Below, piece after piece: positions 8,134 to 17,496 of a stretch of DNA of 64,000 bases. Source of the DNA: a virus; the IMG/VR virus record IMGVR_UViG_3300027857_000016, positions 15,999-79,998 of that record, one strand, 5' to 3'. The position numbers and the translations under genes were made by a program. A model generated the notes under the pieces. That model had not been told where the DNA came from. It worked only from the letters and a program-made list of their open reading frames with translations, and searched no databases. Position 1 is the first letter of the stretch, and each line of letters begins with the position of its first letter.

Positions 8134-9465
8134 ATGTCATCAAAGCAGAAAATCATCACGCAGGGACTCTTCTGGGGTGCATTTGGCATCTTTCTCGCGG
8201 TGTCTATCCCGCATATTGCCTGGGTGGTGTTCCAATATACGCCACAGGATGCGTCCGTTTGGGTCTCGGTGGGGTATGGGGCGCTCTCACTGGGCTACGC
8301 GATAGCCATTGATGGCATCATGGCATGGCTGACCCATGCGCAGAGCAGCCAGAAGCGGGCTTTTTCGCGTGATGCCATCTTCACCTGGATCTTTATCTTC
8401 GCGCTTGTGGCAATGAGTTGGTATCTCAACTGGGTCTATAACGTGGCTCATGACCCATCACACCAGGGCGGAGAGGTCTGGAAGTTCGCTCTCACCAGCC
8501 AGTGGGGGGTTCTCCCTGAAATCACCGTTGGCACGTTTACGCCGTGGCTCCTAGCGGCGCTCCCGGTCTTCACGATTGCCTACGTGGGAGTCCTCAATAA
8601 TGTTAACAATATGAAGGAAGAGGCAGCAAAAAGTGTGGAGGATCTGGAGAATGAGGCAAAGGTTGCGGTGCGTCGTGCAACGGCGATGAAGCAGATCAAA
8701 GATGCGAGATCAAGTGATGATACTGTCGCAAAAGTTGTTGATAATGCTTTCGGTATTGCGGGAAAATTCAAGGAAAATTTGAGGGAGTTTCGTGGCACAA
8801 AACGAGATCCTGAGATGGAGAAGCAGACAAAGGTTTTACAGATGTTCCGTGATGTTCCCTCCCTTTTAGAACCACAAAACGAAGAGAATGGTGTGGCAAC
8901 CATCAAGGAAATGTTGCGGATAAAGCGAGACGCCGAAGCTCGTTTCTGGTGGCTAAAAGCAAAGACACTTCTTGAACAGAAACAGGCAGAAGAGCAGGAA
9001 GAAAACGTGGCACATTCTGTGGATGATTCGCTGGAAGAAACTTCCACAGGTGAGACCCACAAAAAGACGACGCAGCAGGATGAAGAGAGCACTTCTCACA
9101 CTGAAAACAATGCGTCTAAAACATCCACAGCAACACCTGCTTCTACCCGCGCTACAACGCCACTGAGCATCACTATTCAAGAGGCAGCAGCGCAACTCGA
9201 ACTCAGCGAGGCATACATTCGTGAATTGCGCAATAATGGGAAACTTCGCAGTCCAGCACGTAGTAAAAAAATGATCCTGATCAGTAGTCTGAAAACCTAT
9301 CAAGAAAGTCGTGCGAAAAAGGAACCAGTAACCGACAAAACAGCATCTATAAAATCGGAACAAAACCACCAACAGAATGGACAAAGTGGTGGGAAGAATG
9401 GCAACGGAAGTGGGTACGATAAGGAGACAGAATCTGTTATGAATTTGCCAATGTATACGGCTTAA
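8134..9465 (+). CDS. Multi-TM protein with coiled coil and C-terminal HTH (DUF2637/Spd-like)
   Basis: 4 N-terminal TM segments, coiled coil, ITIQEAAAQLELSEAYIRELRNNGKL HTH. Confidence 0.75.
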   Translation: MSSKQKIITQGLFWGAFGIFLAVSIPHIAWVVFQYTPQDASVWVSVGYGALSLGYAIAIDGIMAWLTHAQSSQKRAFSRDAIFTWIFIFALVAMSWYLNWVYNVAHDPSHQGGEVWKFALTSQWGVLPEITVGTFTPWLLAALPVFTIAYVGVLNNVNNMKEEAAKSVEDLENEAKVAVRRATAMKQIKDARSSDDTVAKVVDNAFGIAGKFKENLREFRGTKRDPEMEKQTKVLQMFRDVPSLLEPQNEENGVATIKEMLRIKRDAEARFWWLKAKTLLEQKQAEEQEENVAHSVDDSLEETSTGETHKKTTQQDEESTSHTENNASKTSTATPASTRATTPLSITIQEAAAQLELSEAYIRELRNNGKLRSPARSKKMILISSLKTYQESRAKKEPVTDKTASIKSEQNHQQNGQSGGKNGNGSGYDKETESVMNLPMYTA

Positions 9466-9482
9466 AGAAAGGGAGTTTTATC

Positions 9483-9683
9483 GTGAGTTCTACCCAATTT
9501 CGTAGTATGTGTGAACTTAGTCTGGTGGCGATTATCATGTCTGGTTTTATCGGGGCATTCCCGCTGTTCAATGGGACCATCATCCCATTTTTGATTGTGT
9601 GTGGACAGGGGATCATCTTCATGGTATGTATCCTAGTCACTGTTCGAGTATGGAAACAACAGAAAAGGAGGCAAGAAGCATGA
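9483..9683 (+). CDS. Small 2-TM membrane protein
   Basis: GGGAG RBS; two hydrophobic helices and basic tail. Confidence 0.6.
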   Translation: MSSTQFRSMCELSLVAIIMSGFIGAFPLFNGTIIPFLIVCGQGIIFMVCILVTVRVWKQQKRRQEA

Positions 9684-9719
9684 ACTGGAAAATGGAGCAG
9701 TAGAAACAACTCCTCAGCT

Positions 9720-9761
9720 AGAAAGGCACCTCTCAAAACTCCCTTTGAGAGGTGCCTTTCT
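9720..9761. terminator. 18-bp stem-loop ending early operon
   Basis: AGAAAGGCACCTCTCAAA-actccc-TTTGAGAGGTGCCTTTCT. Confidence 0.7.
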
Positions 9762-9958
9762 GGTCATCCACCACCTATCCCCCAACGTATCTTTCGACAA
9801 AAAAGCATTCACAAAATGAGTAGATTTTGAGTAGACATTGTTATTGCAAAGTGACCCATCATTGGTCACAATGTTTGTATATGTCTCGTCGTCCTATTGT
9901 TGAGTTGTCCATATGTTCTAGTGCAGGGAGGCAGTATTAGACAAGAAAGGTTCATGTT

Positions 9959-10222
9959 GTGAATGGTATCCCGCTTCCTGAGTTAACGCAGGCCCTGGAG
10001 GAGTACAAACGCTATGAAGAGGCATTTCGACGAGCCTCTTACTACGGATCTCTCTGTACCTCTTTCCTTCGTGAGCAGTTGCAGATAGCTGAGAAGGTAC
10101 TAGATGAATTGTTCATCTCCTTCTATGAGATGAATATCGCCCCTCTTTGGGATGCAAGTCAGAGGTGTTTCTATGGCGTCTCTTTTTGTGAGCGTCAATC
10201 TGTTCGCAGTGTGAAGGGATGA
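9959..10222 (+). CDS. Hypothetical protein
   Basis: AAAGG RBS, 87 aa. Confidence 0.55.
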   Translation: MNGIPLPELTQALEEYKRYEEAFRRASYYGSLCTSFLREQLQIAEKVLDELFISFYEMNIAPLWDASQRCFYGVSFCERQSVRSVKG

Positions 10223-10228
10223 TGGGGA

Positions 10229-10429
10229 ATGAAGATCATGCATGTGTGTGGGGAGTGTCACGAGGCATTTGAGGTGGAACTGCGTGAAGGTGGGCGTGGG
10301 TCCGCTCACTGTTGTCCGGGATGCAGGGTCATCTTACGGGAACGGCGCAAAGAGGTAAATAACCAGCGGTATCATCGCTGGTATAGCAAACATCGGGCAG
10401 GGCATCATGCAGAGGATATCCGTGCTTGA
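10229..10429 (+). CDS. Small zinc-ribbon basic protein
   Basis: CGEC...CCPGC followed by basic helix. Confidence 0.6.
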   Translation: MKIMHVCGECHEAFEVELREGGRGSAHCCPGCRVILRERRKEVNNQRYHRWYSKHRAGHHAEDIRA

Positions 10430-10673
10430 CAGTCCTCTTGTCTGAGCGTAGAGTAGGTTTTCATGGTGCGAGGGATATGCTGCCAAAGGAATCCTTTCGT
10501 GGTTGAAATACTCCATAAAGCCTGTTTCTCGCACCTCGTATTGATGACCTCCGTTTCTGAAGACGGGTACACTGAACATGTGTGCGTGTGTGCTTTTCTA
10601 CCTCTTCAACTACTTCGTGTTCCATGAGGGCGTTCATCCTATTCCACTTTTCCATCAGACATGCGCACACTTG

Positions 10674-10820
10674 TTGCATTCATGTTGCGAACTATGTACA
10701 ATAGATAGCAAGAAGCGAGGGTCGTAGGATCATCGGCTGGCTGGAAACCGAGAGAGAAATACTATGAAGTGAAAGTAGATGTCTCTGGCCTTTCCACGTC
10801 TTACGTCTCGCCTCTTCTCT
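10674..10820 (+). ncRNA. Candidate rod-shaped structured RNA/leader with promoter
   Basis: TTGCAT-17-TACAAT then nested stems 10711-10818 with G-U pairs on + strand. Confidence 0.4.
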
Positions 10821-10831
10821 TAGACTGATGA

Positions 10832-11275
10832 ATGGATACATGGAAGAGGTGCTACGTGGTGGTTGAGATGAGACGCATTACTCTCAAGGATCTCCCTGTC
10901 TACCCTCTCTACGATGAGCTATACCTCAGTCACGGGCATACGCGTTTGCAGGTGGATTGGTTGCTCCAGAACGGCACGCTCTATCGCTCTCTTCCTGTGT
11001 TTGTTCCAGACGACCCGTTTGGCGATACCTCCTGGTATCACGAGATGTTTTATCGGGATGGGGTCTACACGTTTGTGAAGTATGCGCCAGGCTATCATGC
11101 TGATGATGAACCCGACCCGTCCAAAGTGACGATGAGGCAATACAAGACGCTGAATGAGTTGTTCGAGGGCGAGCAGGTGAGGAATATAGCCGATTGTGCT
11201 CATGATGTGAGTGATCCTGGGTGGCACTGGACACATTACGCGCCTGCAGTCCTGGTGAGTGGAGGTCGTGAGTGA
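10832..11275 (+). CDS. Hypothetical protein
   Basis: 147-aa ORF; start may be 10867. Confidence 0.6.
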   Translation: MDTWKRCYVVVEMRRITLKDLPVYPLYDELYLSHGHTRLQVDWLLQNGTLYRSLPVFVPDDPFGDTSWYHEMFYRDGVYTFVKYAPGYHADDEPDPSKVTMRQYKTLNELFEGEQVRNIADCAHDVSDPGWHWTHYAPAVLVSGGRE

Positions 11276-11388
11276 TGGTTATCACAGGTGAGATGCTAGT
11301 GCAAGCGGCGTTGACGGCATTCTTTGTGGTGTTCTTCTTAGCGATTATCTCGTTGTTGTTTGGACGCTGGATGTGGCCCAAGCCGTAG
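11275..11388 (+). CDS. 37-aa single-TM protein (not in ORF track)
   Basis: GGAGG RBS, TGATG coupling; MVITGEMLVQAALTAFFVVFFLAIISLLFGRWMWPKP. Confidence 0.55.
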   Translation: MVITGEMLVQAALTAFFVVFFLAIISLLFGRWMWPKP

Positions 11389-11410
11389 GCAATTCACTAG
11401 GGTGGAATAG

Positions 11411-11983
11411 GTGGTAGGTGTGGCGGAGAAGTATGGGCAAGTGCAACTGGAAGAAACGCCTAAATCAGCAGCAGCATTCTATGAGTACTGTTTGCTCGGT
11501 GCTGATCGCAGTTTAGCAAAACTTGCTCAAAAACTCGGTAAGTCAACGGCATATATACGGTGTCTGGAAACGTGGTCATCGCACAATAGGTGGCAGGAAC
11601 GGGTCAGAGAATATGACGCTGAGCAGGCAAGATTTCAAGGAGAAGCCATCCTCCAGGAGCGTACAAAAATCCTCAAATTTCGTTATGCGCTTATGCACAA
11701 GCGCATTGAACAACTTGACCGCATAGCACAAAAACTCCTCGATTATGCCGAAGACGAAGAAAAAGTATGGCTCCCCGATGTGAAAGCTATTGGCAATGGA
11801 CCAGGCGCTGAACGTGTTGATCTAGTGCAGTTCAACGATGCCCTCTTCCGAGAAATCCGTGCGCACTTTGCCGATATCGCATCTGAACTGGGTGAGCGTG
11901 TCAAAAAGACCGATACCACCGTTACGGTAATCCCAAAGACCTACCTTGATCTTGATCCTGATGAGGACGGGAGCGAAGAGTGA
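11411..11983 (+). CDS. terS: Terminase small subunit
   Basis: ETPKSAAAFYEYCLLG.DRSLAKLAQKLGKS..WS...RWQERV pattern; immediately upstream of TerL. Confidence 0.8.
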   Translation: MVGVAEKYGQVQLEETPKSAAAFYEYCLLGADRSLAKLAQKLGKSTAYIRCLETWSSHNRWQERVREYDAEQARFQGEAILQERTKILKFRYALMHKRIEQLDRIAQKLLDYAEDEEKVWLPDVKAIGNGPGAERVDLVQFNDALFREIRAHFADIASELGERVKKTDTTVTVIPKTYLDLDPDEDGSEE

Positions 11984-13386
11984 TGGGAGCAGTGATGAGC
12001 GCTCCGAAAGAGCAACGACCCTACAAGCGATACGGTGCTGCATTGACTGCATGGAAATCTCGACGGCGTGAGCTGGTGCTTTCTGGTCCTGCTGGAACTG
12101 GCAAGAGTCGCGCCTGTTTAGAGAAACTTCACTTCTGCGCTGACAAATATGCTGGCATGCGTGGGTTGATCGTGCGTAAAACACGGACCAGTGTCACGCA
12201 AACAGCAATGGTGACATTCGAGCAGAAAGTGTTACCTGAAGGGTGGCTTGGAAACATTATCCACTTTCGCTCAAGCGAGCAAGAGTATCGATATCCCAAC
12301 GGCTCCATTATTGCCGTTGGCGGGCTAGATAAATCATCCAAGATCATGAGTTCCGAGTGGGACATGATCTATGTACAAGAGGCAACAGAACTAAGCGAGG
12401 ATGGATGGGAATCGCTGACCACACGCTTACGTAATAATGTGATGCCTTATCAACAACTTCTTGCTGACTGTAACCCTGGACCTCCTACCCACTGGCTCAA
12501 ACTTCGCGCTGATCGTGGTCTTGTGTTGATGTTGGAGTCCAGACACGAGGATAATCCCTCCGTTACTCCTGAGTATATTGCTACCCTGGATGCACTCACA
12601 GGTGTGCGCTATCTCCGTTTACGCAAAGGAATATGGGCAGCGGCTGAGGGATTGGTATATGAGGAGTGGAATCCCGCCATACATAAAGTCTCACGCTCGA
12701 AGCTGGTGGAATGGCAGATCCTTACATCGACAGGGGCGATGAATCGTAATGGAGCAAGGCGGGTTATTGCTGGTGTGGACTGGGGATGGAAGAATCCTGG
12801 AACCATCCTCGTTTTTGCTCTAGATGCTGATGATCGTTTGTTTCTCATCCACGAGGTGTATCGAACACAGCGTACAGATGACTGGTGGACAGAGCAAGCG
12901 GTGCAACTCAAGAAGATGTATGGCATTAGTGAGTTCATCTGTGATCCTGCTATGCCTGCCTATATCGCCAAGTTCAAGCTCGCAGGCTTAAATGCTATCG
13001 AGGCGAACAATGAGATCGCCGCTGGTGTCAACGATATGCGCGAATGTCTCCAGATAGCCAGCGATGGACGACCGCGTTTTTATGTCTACGAATATGCGCT
13101 GAGAGATCGTGATGAGACACGTGTTGAGAAGTATCTCCCGTTTTGTTTCGATGGGGAAATCTTGGAGTATGTGTGGCCGAAAGATCAGGAGGGGAAACCC
13201 GTTAAGGAATTACCAGTAGCGGTGAACAATCATGCGTTAGACGCCTCTCGCTACGTATGCCGGTGGTTGAGTAAAGACACGCCCTCATCAGCACACCATC
13301 TTTTGGCAATAAATCGTCGTGTTGAGTTGGACAGGAGAAGAAGGGTACAACCTATCCAGTCAGTGCAAAGAGGATGGCCGCAATGA
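11980..13386 (+). CDS. terL: Terminase large subunit (PBSX-like)
   Basis: GPAGTGKS Walker A, YVQEATE Walker B, DCNPG, GVDWG nuclease motif, NHALDASRY. Confidence 0.95.
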   Translation: MMGAVMSAPKEQRPYKRYGAALTAWKSRRRELVLSGPAGTGKSRACLEKLHFCADKYAGMRGLIVRKTRTSVTQTAMVTFEQKVLPEGWLGNIIHFRSSEQEYRYPNGSIIAVGGLDKSSKIMSSEWDMIYVQEATELSEDGWESLTTRLRNNVMPYQQLLADCNPGPPTHWLKLRADRGLVLMLESRHEDNPSVTPEYIATLDALTGVRYLRLRKGIWAAAEGLVYEEWNPAIHKVSRSKLVEWQILTSTGAMNRNGARRVIAGVDWGWKNPGTILVFALDADDRLFLIHEVYRTQRTDDWWTEQAVQLKKMYGISEFICDPAMPAYIAKFKLAGLNAIEANNEIAAGVNDMRECLQIASDGRPRFYVYEYALRDRDETRVEKYLPFCFDGEILEYVWPKDQEGKPVKELPVAVNNHALDASRYVCRWLSKDTPSSAHHLLAINRRVELDRRRRVQPIQSVQRGWPQ

Positions 13387-13658
13387 GCAAGGTTAACCTC
13401 TCGGAGTGGACACCGGAGCAAATTGACGAGTTTGAACAGCTCTTCCGTGACCTCAAAAAGATCTATGGGAACGAACCACTCGCATTGACGCCAGAACAAA
13501 GAGACATCGCTGTTCAATTGGGATTGATACCTCCCTTATCAGTAAAGGTAGAGGTGGATTTCAAAGGGGAAAAATGTCGGGGGTTTCTTCATTTGGATGA
13601 CAATGATGTCTACAGGGGGATGGTATATCTAGTTGAAGAGGAGAAAGAAATTCAATGA
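13383..13658 (+). CDS. Hypothetical protein, paralog of 17212-17496
   Basis: NLSEWTPEQIDEFEQ...LSVKVEV shared with paralog. Confidence 0.75.
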   Translation: MSKVNLSEWTPEQIDEFEQLFRDLKKIYGNEPLALTPEQRDIAVQLGLIPPLSVKVEVDFKGEKCRGFLHLDDNDVYRGMVYLVEEEKEIQ

Positions 13659-14314
13659 CAGAAGTACAAACCGAGCAAACATCTTTAGACCAAATCAATA
13701 CACCACTGAAAACCAATGTGATCTTTATCATCGACGAATCTGGTTCGATGGCATCTGCCGCCAGTGACGTACGAGGCGGGTTTAACACCTATGTCCAGAC
13801 GCTGAAAGATGATAGCAACGAGTACTCTCTCACCGCTCTCAAGTTTGGGACAAATGTAAGACCCTTGTTTACTAATTTACCACTCAGTCAGGTACCAGAA
13901 CTCACGGTAGCGAACTATAGACCGCTAGATGGGACTGCCCTCTATGACGCCATTGGGTATGGGTTCGCCTCCACGAAACAGCAGTCCACTGATCCGGTGA
14001 AGCCAGATGAAGCCGAGCGGTATCTGATGATCATTATGACTGATGGCTTCGAGAACTCTTCCCGTGAGTTTGACAAGGAGACCATTGTCAAGAAGATGAA
14101 AGAGCATGAGGCATCTGGATACTGGACGTTCGTGTATCTGGGAGCAGATCAAGATGCATGGCCTATTGCATCCCAGTTGGGATTTGCTCAGGGGAATGTG
14201 ATGAGTTACGCCAGTGCTGATACCGGTTCAACGTTCTCTGAATTAGCATCATCAACCACAACTACCAGCAGTTCTGGACACGCACAGACGCGCCGCTTCT
14301 TTGGCGGGAAATAA
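13655..14314 (+). CDS. von Willebrand factor A domain protein
   Basis: MIDAS DESGSM, GTALYDAIG, IMTDGFENSS. Confidence 0.9.
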   Translation: MTEVQTEQTSLDQINTPLKTNVIFIIDESGSMASAASDVRGGFNTYVQTLKDDSNEYSLTALKFGTNVRPLFTNLPLSQVPELTVANYRPLDGTALYDAIGYGFASTKQQSTDPVKPDEAERYLMIIMTDGFENSSREFDKETIVKKMKEHEASGYWTFVYLGADQDAWPIASQLGFAQGNVMSYASADTGSTFSELASSTTTTSSSGHAQTRRFFGGK

Positions 14315-14316
14315 TA

Positions 14317-14712
14317 ATGGATGAGTTCATACGAGATGTCATCACCAAACTGACACAAGCGCGAGTCAATGCTGGTCTGACACAGGCTGAAGTGGCCGAG
14401 CGCATGGGGACAAAACAAGCGTCTATTGCTCGGATGGAGAATGCTCTCAATGGGTCATTCTCTCTACGTCGGATAGCTGACTACGCCCTAGCGTGCGGGG
14501 TAGTTCCATGTCAGTTTGCCCATAATGAACCTTTAGAGTTTCATCTCATTTCTTTGGAACTTGCCTATGAGTTCACCCTTGTTGATCCACAAAAGCCAAT
14601 GACATGGAAGAATTTCACGGCGTGGGTGTCAAAGCGAGTCTGGGAAGGTGCCCCGCCTGTGTATACTGTGTCGAGTACGTGGCATTGGGATGGGAGGAGT
14701 ATAGCGGCATGA
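14317..14712 (+). CDS. XRE-family HTH protein
   Basis: ARVNAGLTQAEVAERMGTKQASIARMEN. Confidence 0.88.
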   Translation: MDEFIRDVITKLTQARVNAGLTQAEVAERMGTKQASIARMENALNGSFSLRRIADYALACGVVPCQFAHNEPLEFHLISLELAYEFTLVDPQKPMTWKNFTAWVSKRVWEGAPPVYTVSSTWHWDGRSIAA

Positions 14713-15089
14713 GTGATGAGAAGAACCTCGTCATGGCACCAATGAAGGTGAAGAACCTCTGCATCATTGAGTGGTGCTATCTCTGCAACAAGGCAAAGGC
14801 AGCATCCTACACGCTTGTCGATGCCTCTCATAGTGCGGATGAGGGTGTGCAAGATCTTCCATCAATGTGCTCTTGTGAATGGTGGGGGCAAAACTTCACG
14901 ACGAGTCATGTGGGATGGAACCCGTCGCCTAGTACTTACCATGTGGTACAACCTCCTCCTGTCACTCCTACCTACTCATTCAAAGCCTATCAACTCACGG
15001 AGTATGATCTGCAGCGTATACGGCAGATAGTTGCTGAAGAGGTCAAGAATGTGTTGCAAGCAGTGAAGGAGGGGCATGCTGGTGAGTAG
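14709..15089 (+). CDS. Hypothetical protein
   Basis: GGAGGAG RBS, ATGA coupling. Confidence 0.6.
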   Translation: MSDEKNLVMAPMKVKNLCIIEWCYLCNKAKAASYTLVDASHSADEGVQDLPSMCSCEWWGQNFTTSHVGWNPSPSTYHVVQPPPVTPTYSFKAYQLTEYDLQRIRQIVAEEVKNVLQAVKEGHAGE

Positions 15090-15357
15090 CAAGAACACAG
15101 TATGGATCAGCGACCCGACCACTGGTCGCTTGTTACAATCTGAACCCGTGTCGGGTACTGTTGTGGTTACAGCACGTCTGGTACAAGAGGATATTGAAGT
15201 GATACGCCATATTGTTGAGGAAGTGGTTGAGAAGGCGTTTCGGAAATGGCTTGATACCAATCTTGCAGTCGATGAGTTTGCCTATGAGCATCTCCGCGAC
15301 ATGGCGAAAGCATCTTTGCCTATGAGTGACGAGAGACTTGCTGGGATGGACTCATAG
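15076..15357 (+). CDS. Hypothetical protein
   Basis: AGGAGG RBS; IRHIVEEVV resembles IRQIVAEEV of the upstream gene. Confidence 0.6.
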   Translation: MLVSSKNTVWISDPTTGRLLQSEPVSGTVVVTARLVQEDIEVIRHIVEEVVEKAFRKWLDTNLAVDEFAYEHLRDMAKASLPMSDERLAGMDS

Positions 15358-15382
15358 CAGTGCTGAGAGTGGGAGGTGTGAT

Positions 15383-15916
15383 GTGGCAGAGAAACATGAA
15401 GGCGGAGACAACCGAGCATTTGAGCAGAAACGGATAGCAGGCGTCCAGAAGCCTCGTCTGTTTCAGCATGTCCCTCATCCTCATGTCCCTCACAATGTGA
15501 ACCTCCTCCATGAGGCAGAGAAGGCCAGCTCCTCGCTTAACGACAGGATTGCTATTGCATTGACCAAAGGTGTGGGGAGTATGACTTGTGCCTATATCTT
15601 CGCTGTCCTGGCTCTCCTGGGGTTGCCGGGTTTGCTTCCACCTGTTGTTGCGCAGTGGGTCCAGTGGATCTCTCAGACATTCATTCAACTTGTCATGTTG
15701 AGCATTATCATGGTTGGTACTGGACTCTTGGGACGACATCAGGAACTGCAATCGGACGAGCAATTTGAGACAACAACGAAAACGTACAACGATATCGGGC
15801 AAATCATCGAACATCTTGGGAAACAGGATGAAGAGTTACTCAAGCATACCGCTATTCTCACCGCAATAGCACAGATGATGAGTGGAGAGGGAACACATGG
15901 CGATTCCACCAAATAA
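15383..15916 (+). CDS. DUF1003-like membrane protein
   Basis: LNDRIAIALTKGVGSM..FIQLVMLSIIMVG pattern; GGAGGT RBS before GTG. Confidence 0.7.
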   Translation: MAEKHEGGDNRAFEQKRIAGVQKPRLFQHVPHPHVPHNVNLLHEAEKASSSLNDRIAIALTKGVGSMTCAYIFAVLALLGLPGLLPPVVAQWVQWISQTFIQLVMLSIIMVGTGLLGRHQELQSDEQFETTTKTYNDIGQIIEHLGKQDEELLKHTAILTAIAQMMSGEGTHGDSTK

Positions 15917-16352
15917 ACCGAAGAATGGAGGCGATCCACCTCGCCCAATTCTGTTGCATCGTATGAGGCGATTTGTTGTGACGTTCAACAATCGGAAGAA
16001 GAGGGGTGCCTACCCTGCTCAGTCTCATACTGCTGAAGGGTGCGTTGCGACCAATGGAGAGGTTGCCATTTTTACCGATGACTTCCATAGACGTGGATTT
16101 CGCAGTGTAAGTGAGATGTGCAGCGCATTAGAAGAGTATGGGGACTGCAACGTGTCCTGGGTGCCTGAGAATGGGTTGACCGCGCTCTCTCCTGTGACCC
16201 GTCGCCTCCTCTCCCAATTTATCGTAGAAGCCTTTCAGGAGGGTAGGGTACAGGATACCCTCACCCGTTTTGCCGTTCCTCCTGACACGATGAAAGGCGC
16301 GATTGAGGAGTTGAAGCAGTTGATGGTGGAACTACAGGAGAAGCCAGTATGA
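15897..16352 (+). CDS. Hypothetical protein
   Basis: GGAGAGGG RBS; AEGCVATNGEVAI motif also echoed in 24206 gene. Confidence 0.65.
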   Translation: MAIPPNKPKNGGDPPRPILLHRMRRFVVTFNNRKKRGAYPAQSHTAEGCVATNGEVAIFTDDFHRRGFRSVSEMCSALEEYGDCNVSWVPENGLTALSPVTRRLLSQFIVEAFQEGRVQDTLTRFAVPPDTMKGAIEELKQLMVELQEKPV

Positions 16353-16705
16353 GTGATCTCACCGTGAACCCTGACTTCAAGGTGGACACACGGGAACGCC
16401 TCATCACCATCTCTAACAAGGATGCGGTGATCTTGATCTGCCCCATCTGCGGCAATACCAAGAATGTCTTTCTCCACGCCATTCCGCTGCATAGCGAGAT
16501 GGAGCCACAAGCGCGACTCAAGACGGGCATGATTCAATACCCGTTCTTCCAGCAATGTCACTGCAACAAGCAGACACCTGTCGTAGACCTGCAAAAGATA
16601 TTGCGAGATATCTCAACGGCTCTTGCTACCTGTAAGACCATCGATGATGCTCAACGCCTGTTGCAGACACTGGCGAGCCGTGAGGAAATGAAGGAGTCAT
16701 CATGA
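16349..16705 (+). CDS. Hypothetical zinc-ribbon protein
   Basis: CPICG..CHC; coupled. Confidence 0.65.
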   Translation: MSDLTVNPDFKVDTRERLITISNKDAVILICPICGNTKNVFLHAIPLHSEMEPQARLKTGMIQYPFFQQCHCNKQTPVVDLQKILRDISTALATCKTIDDAQRLLQTLASREEMKESS

Positions 16706-16944
16706 GCAAAGCTAAACAAGCGGCGCAGCGTCTTGCTCGTATCAAGCTGCGCTCTATTAGGCGATGGCGCTGCCAAGTCTGTAAAGGTGTCCGTCGAGTG
16801 GAGCCAGAACGCACAGATGAGATCCCGGTGGAACTGGAGGGATGTCACTGGTGCGTCTGTGGCGAGCATAATGAATACCGAGCACATATTGAGGCATGGC
16901 GGAATTGGTTAGTAGCGCGAGGGAACAAGGTAGCAGCATTATGA
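16702..16944 (+). CDS. Small Cys-rich protein
   Basis: CQVC..CVCGEH; coupled. Confidence 0.6.
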   Translation: MSKAKQAAQRLARIKLRSIRRWRCQVCKGVRRVEPERTDEIPVELEGCHWCVCGEHNEYRAHIEAWRNWLVARGNKVAAL

Positions 16945-17222
16945 GGTGGTTCTGGCAGAGAGAAGCGCAACCGAAAGACGAGCATCCTATGCAGGAGATC
17001 TGGGATGAACTTGAAGAAGGTGGCAGTGGGCAATCGAATAGCGCATTGCTTACTCTGATGAAGTCATTGGAGAGACAACTGCCTATCTCACCGCTCACAT
17101 GTTTACCCTATGATCCTGCGCTCATCAGGTATGATCCACCGCAGGGTGGGAGTGTTATTGCTCCTCCTCCTATGTCACGCGTTGACCATAGGTTGATTGG
17201 GTACAAGAAATATGAGCGATGA
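16941..17222 (+). CDS. Hypothetical protein
   Basis: ATGA coupling. Confidence 0.5.
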   Translation: MRWFWQREAQPKDEHPMQEIWDELEEGGSGQSNSALLTLMKSLERQLPISPLTCLPYDPALIRYDPPQGGSVIAPPPMSRVDHRLIGYKKYER

Positions 17223-17496
17223 TGTAGGGATGGATGCTCTCAACCTTTCAGAGTGGAATGCCGATCAGATTGACCACTTTGAGCAAGTCATCCTGGCACT
17301 CAAGGAGATGAACGGCGATAAACCGTTTGCACTACGACCAGAGCAGAGAGCAATTGCCATCCAGTTGGGGATTCTAGAGCCATTATCCGTAAAGGTGGAA
17401 GTGATGCTTGAGGGAAAGCCGTACACAGGGACATTGCACCAAGATGGTGATGTGTATCGAGGTGAGGTCTGCTTGGTAGAAGGTAAGAGCGTATGA
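17212..17496 (+). CDS. Hypothetical protein, paralog of 13383-13658
   Basis: NLSEWNADQIDHFEQ...LSVKVEV. Confidence 0.75.
   Translation: MSDDVGMDALNLSEWNADQIDHFEQVILALKEMNGDKPFALRPEQRAIAIQLGILEPLSVKVEVMLEGKPYTGTLHQDGDVYRGEVCLVEGKSV

Noticed and set aside
7989-8312. 107-aa ORF across the CACTCTC repeats
   Set aside because: Low-complexity translation of the repeat cluster, overlapping the well-supported 8134 gene
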